DNA from: Ostrea edulis
Lineage: Eukaryota
Length of the DNA: 64,000 bases
Direction of reading: 5' to 3'
Assembly (NCBI RefSeq): GCF_947568905.1
Contig: NC_079167.1
Location: 44,764,001-44,828,000, forward strand
Each line of letters begins with the position of its first letter. Within the stretch, counting starts at the first letter, position 1. Position numbers and translations under genes: made by a program. Positions 1 through 7,945 of the stretch are shown one piece after another. The notes beneath the pieces are model-generated. The model was not told where the DNA came from and searched no databases. It was given only the letters and a program-made list of their open reading frames with translations.

Positions 1-34
1 TCGTTGCTTTGATTTCGTCAGCGCACCGTATTGA

Positions 35-421
<387 letters not shown>

Positions 422-457
422 AAAGTACAAAGTCTGCTTGCAGGACCTATAACAAAC

Positions 458-497
458 GGCCGTTTTCACGGCCACCAACCTTTTTTGAAAAGACACC
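458..497 (+). terminator. H2A histone 3' processing signal: stem-loop plus downstream element (HDE)
   Basis: GGCCGT-TTTC-ACGGCC at 458-473, preceded by AACAAAC and followed by ACCAA; GAAAAGACACC at 487-497. Copies start at 12594, 24731, 36867, 49003, 61140. Confidence 0.93.
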
Positions 498-1149
498 TCT
501 ATAAGCATCGAAATGTCAAGAATGACAGTCTAATCTTACATTCAATGCTCACTGAGAAATGGGGATGACAATATTTGCAGTAATTCATACATTTCAAGGC
601 GCAAAATAAATGAATGCACGGCATGGGTTGCTATGTATTTGTTTGGGTTGTAATCGATAAGTAAGATTTACAAGAGAGAAGACATAAAAAAGCGCTATAT
701 AAATTGTCCTCACTCCTTTGGACTTCATTGAGAAATCATGGAAATACCAAAATGAAATGAGTTTTTATTTGCATTCTTTTTGTTTTTCTCAACCAGCTCT
801 GTAGTTTGTCAATGGAAGAGTAAAACAAGGGTGCCAAAACTTTTGAAATACAGGGCGAGTGATCGTATAATCTTCACGTGGTCATTCTTGCTTTTAATTT
901 ACATAGACGAAAAGCCACAAAGGAAATGATTTTGTACCAGTATGAATGTGAGAAATAGAGGTAGACATGGAGCTATCTGACATTAGATAGGGTGATCATG
1001 ATGTGATGGGGCAATAAAAAAAAAAAATGGAAAGAGAACAAAATCTTTGGAGACGACATAGACGATCGCGATCCTGGTACATGGATTGTAAATATATCCG
1101 CAAACAAAATATCACTATCTTGGCCGAATTGTTTTATCTCCGAAATATA

Positions 1150-1858
1150 CTCAATTTATTTATGGATTCACCAATCATGTTACACAATATGAGATATATA
1201 ATGACAACAAACTAAATACTAACAGTTCATTTACATGTATATGTAAATACAAGTATATATTTGACATGTACCTGTGATATTACACTGCATGTATATGCAA
1301 TGTAGTATTGCATATCAACATAAATTAAATGTAGTTATAGCACTTTACTTTGGGTGCGCAATTCAAAACATTCATGTAAAAATTCACACAATCTTCTGAC
1401 ATGAACGACATTGACAGGGTTGCATAGTACTTTACAATGGTTTTCCTTTGATATATCATCATCTGAATTGTAGATGTTCAAAGGGTAATATTTCTTTCTT
1501 ATATCTTTATACATGAAGCAGTCATATAAAAAAGAAAAGAAAAGTGTTTTTAAAAAAATACTGTAGTTTATCGCAAAATGACGACTTTACTTATAAGCAT
1601 GAGGAATTTATTTTTGGTTCATATAAATACTAAACATTTGTTGAAAATTTTCTGAATACATTCGATCCATGGGTTTTCGAACCCTTTTCCTCCGCAAATG
1701 GTATGCTCAAATATATATATCGTATTTATTTTAAACCTTGACGTATGCAGGAAAACGCCCTCCGTATAAACCGACAACTTTTTAATTCTTGAAAAACGAT
1801 TTTCAATTTCGGTGATTAATTTCACATGAACACGTTCGACTGAGTCTAGAAATTTCAC
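1150..1858 (-). mobile_element. Degenerate non-LTR retrotransposon relic (post-RT and C-terminal ORF2, RTEX-like; clade uncertain)
   Basis: Minus-strand translation gives LDSVERVHVKL and GFENPWIECIQKIFNKC (1858-1619), then after a deletion KHF...YDCFMYKDIRKKYY...LCNPVNVVHVRRLCEFLHECFELR, stop at 1335; recalled as typical LINE ORF2 motifs. Boundaries approximate. Confidence 0.65.
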
Positions 1859-1904
1859 ACTGGGTGTGACTGCATCCCGATTACTTTGTCCAACAAGTCA
1901 AACG

Positions 1905-2680
1905 GGTATACATGAAATGGTCTTACTCGACTTCTTTCTTTCGTTAGAAAATCAGATTCCCTCTCATTAAATAACACTCATTCGTAGACGAAAACGAGCC
2001 TACATACTATTGCAAAAAGAACTATTGATCCTGGCAAATGATCGAACTTTAAGAACATTAGAAATCATTGTATTGGCACCGTCCAAACGCAACGGACAGA
2101 TACTACACACACGACTGTAATTAGTACTCTTAAATCCCACCTATTCGCGAAACGCATACATGTGATAGATAATCCATATTGTGCCTGTGGAAAAATCGAA
2201 ACAACAACACACTTTTTACTTGAATAAATTTATTGATCCATTAAGACCAATAACTGTAAATATCCTTGTACATGGAGACTTTACTAAAAAAAAATTCCTA
2301 TATTAAAAATAGTTTCATTATATACATGTGCATCATCCAAAAGATATGTAGCTTAATCTCGTCGACTTCCGCTTTTATGCATGTGTAGAGTGGTGGAATT
2401 TCTTGTTTGGAAGTTATTGTATATCCATTTCTGATGAACTTAGGTCATAACATCTCTTCCAATAATGATCTATTTACTTGTTGGATTTTTTTCTTTCATT
2501 TTTCTTTACTTCCTCGTTGTCATTTTTTGTCATGTGCAACGGGCAAATGCACACTTACCATTCAAAGTTCAAACGGATTAATATAAGTGCCTATACAACT
2601 TGATTCCGAATCCTGTGTGCATATAACGTATTGTGTATATACATATATTGATTTATTCAAATGAAATAAAGTTTAAACTA
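1905..2680 (+). mobile_element. Degenerate 5'-truncated CR1/L2-group LINE 3' end
   Basis: Frameshifted translation gives NGLTRLLS...LHTIAKRT, GQILHTRL*, KSHLFAKRIHVIDNPYCACGKIETTTHFLLE*, RPITVNILVHGD, SSKRYV*; includes a C-x-C...H zinc-knuckle-like motif; the 3' UTR ends AAATAAAGTTTAAACTA. Confidence 0.75.
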
Positions 2681-3033
2681 ATTTTTTTTTTTTTATCACC
2701 CCATACGTACGTTTTATCGCCTGCTTATAGGATAAACCTGATTTTTAAGATTGTTTTAATTTGAAACCTCTTTGTTTTATCGAAACCTTTTAAACAAACA
2801 GAGCTATTACTATTTAACAGAAAAGTATAGGCAAATCGTAAGCATGTCCTGAAACCTTTCCCGAGTTTGGATCATGTGTCACCTTCTGAAACTTCAATTG
2901 ATAATATAGCACCTAAATTTATCATTTCTTTTACATTTTTGATGGTATGTGCGTATTGTGTACAGCTCAATATAAGTGAATTGATCCCTACTCACAAAGT
3001 AGCGTAAAAGTGGCTCTATATATCATATATATA

Positions 3034-3743
3034 CAGTGTGCGAAATTAACCATGGACCGATAGGCAATGTCTATAGAAAATCGAGTCGGTCTATAACAAT
3101 CAAAATAGCTATAGACCAACTTGTCTATAGGAATTCTGAGTAAATAACTGGTTCTCTGTTGCTTATTTAACATATATATGAGAAGCGGGGCCAGTTTATA
3201 TGTAGTACGCCAATGTTTCTGTTTACCCCTTAGCTGTAATAAAATGTTCCCCAATGTAATTACAAATCATTCGAATCAGATTATTCAATTTGATATTTAC
3301 TTCAATGCACGCCATTTTCGTGCAAATTCGCAATGTCCTTTTTGATGGTTTTAAAAATACGTGAAAGATGCACGCACTTGAGTCAAACGGAAAGCGGTCA
3401 GTACAAGTTCCAGCAAGGCCAAAGTCGCAGAAAATCATGAGAAAACGAAACGTAGTAGAAGTACGTGACTTGGATGAAGAATCAGATAGTGAAACTGAGC
3501 TGGAACAAAATGAAAAAGAAAACGAAATTCTAATTGAAAAGCTTGCCGTGCATGCAATTGAAAAAGAATATAATTATACTATGAACAAATTGCCAAACCG
3601 AATTTGTGTCAATTATTTATTTTTTAATAACAATGAATAATGCATGTTAAATTTTGGTCTATAGGAATTTGTTGTGGTCTATAGGAAATAAAATGACTAT
3701 GGACCGAAAGTTTATAGGACTTTAAAGTTAGTTTCGCACACTG
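3034..3743. mobile_element. Non-autonomous DNA transposon (710 bp) with 17-bp TIRs
   Basis: Left CAGTGTGCGAAATTAAC (3034-3050) and right GTTAGTTTCGCACACTG (3727-3743) match 16/17; both flanks are (TA)n; at least 8 subterminal GGTCTATAG/CTAT(A/G)GACC-like motifs; no transposase catalytic domain. Confidence 0.85.
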
Positions 3744-3827
3744 TATATATATATTATGTATCTACTGTGGAAAGTATCTAATCACTCTTACGATAACCTC
3801 GTAGCATAGCACTTACATAATAATTGG

Positions 3828-3945
3828 AAGAAAATAAAACAAACAAACCAAAAAAAAAAAAAAAAAAAAAATTGAAAAGAAACCCACAACAACAACAAAC
3901 ATAAAAAAGAAACAAAAGCAAAGTAAACAAACAAACAACCAGTTT
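3828..3945 (+). repeat. A-rich low-complexity tract including A22 (3850-3871) and (CAA)/(CAAA) runs
   Basis: Read directly; present in units 1-5. Confidence 0.9.
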
Positions 3946-4534
3946 AATTACACTTCATTTAAAATCAAAACATCAAGATTGGTCATAATTTGTACATTTC
4001 ATCTGTGTAATTTTTATTGAATACAGGCATTATTTATAAAAAGTATGTGTAAACAAGGATTAACGTTTTTCTTTTAAATCATAAATCAAAGCAAATATCT
4101 TATGTTGTGTTGTATATATTTCTATAGTAAAGTAAATAGACCAGGATTTTCTTTTTTTTTTTAGGCGTGTGCTTGTGTTCTTAATATTGTGTAAGCCCAT
4201 TCCAAACCGTTCTACGCAATCGTTAATGTCTACCGCTCGCTTTTGATACCCGATGTGTACGACCCCCGGATGTTTTTCAAAAATTCTGACCGACATGATG
4301 TTTTCTACAGCAAAAGGAAAACGAGTGTGCCTTCTTTCAAGCTTCGAAAGGAAATCAAGCAACAATGATATTTGTTATCGGCCACTGGAAAAAAATTACC
4401 CAATTTTAATGAATGAATGGACTTGCAAATCGCCGGTTGAGGTGTCTATATTTCTGGATTTTGACTGCTGTAGTTTGGCAAAGCCCAATATGTAAGTAAA
4501 TAGAATGACAGGGGGAAATGTAGACCAGGGGGTT

Positions 4535-4740
4535 CCGATAACATATCCGGCGGATATTCCATTGTTGAAGCGCAACTCGAATGCAAAGACTAACATCAAA
4601 GCACATCTAAACAACACAATACACATACCGATCGACTCGAACAGATTGGATGTTTTCAAGGAGGTCCGCGCTTGATGTAAACAAAACAGATTGTGCGTTC
4701 CGATCGACTATTATTTACCGTTCTCGCATCGTTCGAAAAC
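4535..4740 (+). promoter_or_regulatory. H1 proximal promoter
   Basis: AC-box-like AAACAACACA 4609-4618, inverted CCAAT (ATTGG 4645-4649), H4-site-II-like GTTTTCAAGGAGGTCCG 4652-4668; no consensus TATA (TGTAAA at 4676). Repeated in every unit. Confidence 0.65.
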
Positions 4741-5310
4741 ATGGCAGACACCGCAGCTCCCGCGAAAAAGAAGGTTTCCAAGCCCAAAGTGCCCGCAGCG
4801 CACCCAAAATACATCGACATGATCAAGGCTGCCCTCGGGTCACTGAAAGAGCGTGGTGGATCTTCTAGACAAGCCATTCTTAAGCACCTGATGGCCAATT
4901 ATAAAGTGGGCAATGACGTCAACTCCATCAATGCTCACCTCAAAATGGCCCTTAAGAATGGAGTCAAAAAGGGTGCGTTGAAGCAAGCCAAGGGTAAAGG
5001 TGCCAGCGGCTCCTTCAAGCTTGGAGATAAGCCCAAGGCTGAGCAGAAGCCTAAAGCCAAGAAAGTAGCCAAACCAAAGGCTGCCAAACCTAAGAAGGCT
5101 GCTGCTGCTGCCAAGCCCAAGAAGGCGGCCGTAGAGAAAAAAGTGAAGAAGACGCCAAAGAAACCAGCCGCACCCAAGAAGGCCAAGACTCCCAAGAAGA
5201 AGGCGGCAGCCAAGAAGCCCGCAGCCAAGGCCCCCAAGAAGGCCAAGAGCCCCAAGAAGCCCGCCGCCAAAAAATCCAAGACCCCCAAGAAGGCCGCCGC
5301 CAAGAAATAA
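4741..5310 (+). CDS. H1: Linker histone H1 (189 aa, MADTAAPAKK...; H1.0/H5-like globular domain)
   Basis: Winged-helix HPKYIDMIKAAL...SSRQAILK...YKVG...KGASGSFKL plus a Lys/Ala/Pro-rich tail with four (S/T)PKK motifs; first ATG at 4741 (aaaacATGg), whereas the track start at 4693 is a non-ATG codon. Confidence 0.98.
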   Translation: MADTAAPAKKKVSKPKVPAAHPKYIDMIKAALGSLKERGGSSRQAILKHLMANYKVGNDVNSINAHLKMALKNGVKKGALKQAKGKGASGSFKLGDKPKAEQKPKAKKVAKPKAAKPKKAAAAAKPKKAAVEKKVKKTPKKPAAPKKAKTPKKKAAAKKPAAKAPKKAKSPKKPAAKKSKTPKKAAAKK

Positions 5311-5357
5311 GCAGTCTTTGCAATATTCCTGCACAGAGTGTTTACTCACAAAACAAA

Positions 5358-5397
5358 AGCCCTTTTTAGGGCTACCAACATTTTTAGAAAAGATGCC
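5358..5397 (+). terminator. H1 histone 3' stem-loop plus HDE
   Basis: AGCCCT-TTTT-AGGGCT at 5358-5373, then ACCAA; GAAAAGATGCC at 5387-5397. Copies start at 17494, 29631, 41767, 53903. Confidence 0.92.
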
Positions 5398-5514
5398 GTT
5401 CTTACACGTGTGAGAGAAATGCGTTTCTACGTCATTTAAGTGAATACTGATTCAAGCTGTTTTAACGTTTTCATACTTTGATTTACTTGTCCTGCATGTC
5501 ATTCAGTTAAAAGA

Positions 5515-5536
5515 GGGGGGGGGGGGGGGAGGGAGG
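5515..5536 (+). repeat. G15 homopolymer followed by AGGGAGG (G16 in units 2 and 5)
   Basis: Read directly; accounts for the 12,136 versus 12,137 bp unit lengths. Confidence 0.9.
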
Positions 5537-6601
5537 AAACTAACCCACGCTTTTACAAACAACATGACATTTTTTTATCTGATTTATTACCTCTCCCTTC
5601 CTAAAGCTGTAGGGTAAGAAATAAGATGGAGACCGGTGAATTATGACAACATATAGTACAGTACCTGCATCATTTAGTCCTCATTCGTTTGAGTAAAGCT
5701 AGCTGAATTGAAACATTTCTTATACATCCAATGGCTTGATTGTTTTCATTCGGTTTATTGTCCGATAAGAAAACAAAAATTAAAAGTATCATCCGTGGAC
5801 TTTTATTTCAGTACTTGATTTGTATACAGTCCAGGTTTGGCAGGACTACACATAATTCACTCTCATAATGCAATGTTTCATGTGTGTAACAATGTTTTCA
5901 GACTTTAGTCAACGAGAAATGTCTGATCGGTGTCTAAAAGTGAAAGAATGGGGTTCTTTCTTTGTTAGGAACAGAGTGACGATAAGAGTAAGTTGTAATT
6001 CTCGCACGTCTAATTTAGCCTTCAAAATGAAATAAGGATTTACACATTTTAAACAGTTCTCCGTTGTCCAGAGACTCGCTCACTTCATGTGTACATGAAC
6101 TTCATAGCCTCAATGTTGTTCAAGATTTATATATAGGAGTGATTTTTGTTTGGATGTAACAGTAGTCTAGGATTCTGGAATGATTTGGGGTCTTGAAATT
6201 CACAAAGCTGTCCGAAAAAGTCATTAGTCACAACTAACTAGTACTGTCTAATAACATCAAATCATATACCAATGATGTTAGTCACAACTATTATTAAGTG
6301 AAAAGAAACAAAAATTTAACGACTTTTTTTTATTGGGTGTTTCTTGAATTCCAAGAATTATGATTATTCTAGTAAGAATGCAATGTCATATATCATCTCT
6401 ATCCAAATATATTTGAGGTCTGCTTTTGTCAAATAACTATTTTGCAACCTCTTTGTTAAATGTTCAGGTTACAAATTTGATAATCATTGGTTTAAACTAT
6501 ATTTATATGTATCGGTGCAAAATATACAAACAGGTGAGAAAGGAAGACTTTAAAACAAAATTCTATGTACGAATGAATGTATGTATGTACATACGTACGC
6601 A

Positions 6602-6740
6602 TACATGTACTAAGAACTTTGGGAATCTGGGATATTTCAATTGCATATGATAAATATACAAAATTTAGTATTAATATGGAATTATGTATATTTATGTGCT
6701 ATTGAAATATCCCAGATTCCCAAAGTTCTTAGTACATGTA
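6602..6740. mobile_element. 139-bp foldback / MITE-like element with perfect 40-bp inverted arms
   Basis: TACATGTACTAAGAACTTTGGGAATCTGGGATATTTCAAT (6602-6641) is the exact reverse complement of 6701-6740; the 59-bp loop has further imperfect pairing. Confidence 0.65.
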
Positions 6741-6954
6741 CATATTTTAAAATACTTATGGTAGAAGACTGCCAGTCTGATCGACTGGGCACAAGCACTG
6801 TCCCTTGGTACCTAGCTCTGCATTCAGGACAGCATTTTATACTGTTTCACTTTTACTTCCCACATTGCATCCTTGTTGTGCTGTGCATTTTCATTCTATG
6901 TTGTTATGAGCCAATATTTCAGATCAATGTTAATATAGAAATCCTTTACATATC

Positions 6955-7040
6955 TACATGTACGTGTGTATACAATCATGTATGTGTATATATGTGTTTA
7001 TGTATACATGTATATGTACGGTGTGTGTATCTATAAGTAT
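6955..7040 (+). repeat. Degenerate (TA/TG/TACATG) low-complexity microsatellite
   Basis: tacatgtacgtgtgtatacaatcatgtatgtgtatatatgtgtttatgtatacatgtatatgtacggtgtgtgtatc. Confidence 0.7.
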
Positions 7041-7299
7041 ATGGTATCATGTGTTTACAATGAATATGATAAAATTGTGTATGCTCACTGAGGGTCCTTA
7101 ACTGGTGAATAAATAAATAAATGTATCTCCTTTTAAATGTTTTTAACATTTACTTGTCTGTCCATACTTTTGTATCCACAAATAATGTTTACAATTGTAC
7201 CCTGAAATCCCTTGTAACACCCCATCCCCTTCATTGTTTTTTTGGTTTTAATTTTTACAAGTTTATGAATTCTGAGCAAAATGTGGATTGAAATGTCCC

Positions 7300-7878
<579 letters not shown>

Positions 7879-7905
7879 TTTCACTCGTGTGACACTCAAA
7901 CAAAC

Positions 7906-7945
7906 GGCCGTTTTCACGGCCACCTAATTCTTTCGAAAAGATGCC
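7906..7945 (+). terminator. H3 histone 3' stem-loop plus HDE
   Basis: GGCCGT-TTTC-ACGGCC at 7906-7921; GAAAAGATGCC at 7935-7945. Copies start at 20043, 32179, 44315, 56452. Confidence 0.93.

Noticed and set aside
4693-4740. N-terminal extension of H1 in the ORF track (MRSDRLLFTVLASFEN)
   Set aside because: It starts at a non-ATG codon inside the promoter/leader; the first ATG at 4741 gives a typical H1 N-terminus.
6426-7036. Short AT-rich spacer ORFs (1027-1215, 6426-7036, 9052-9237, 10440-10667, 10876-11073, 11205-11450 and copies)
   Set aside because: Low-complexity Ile/Tyr/Cys-rich translations with no recognisable motifs; their repetition only reflects the tandem array.
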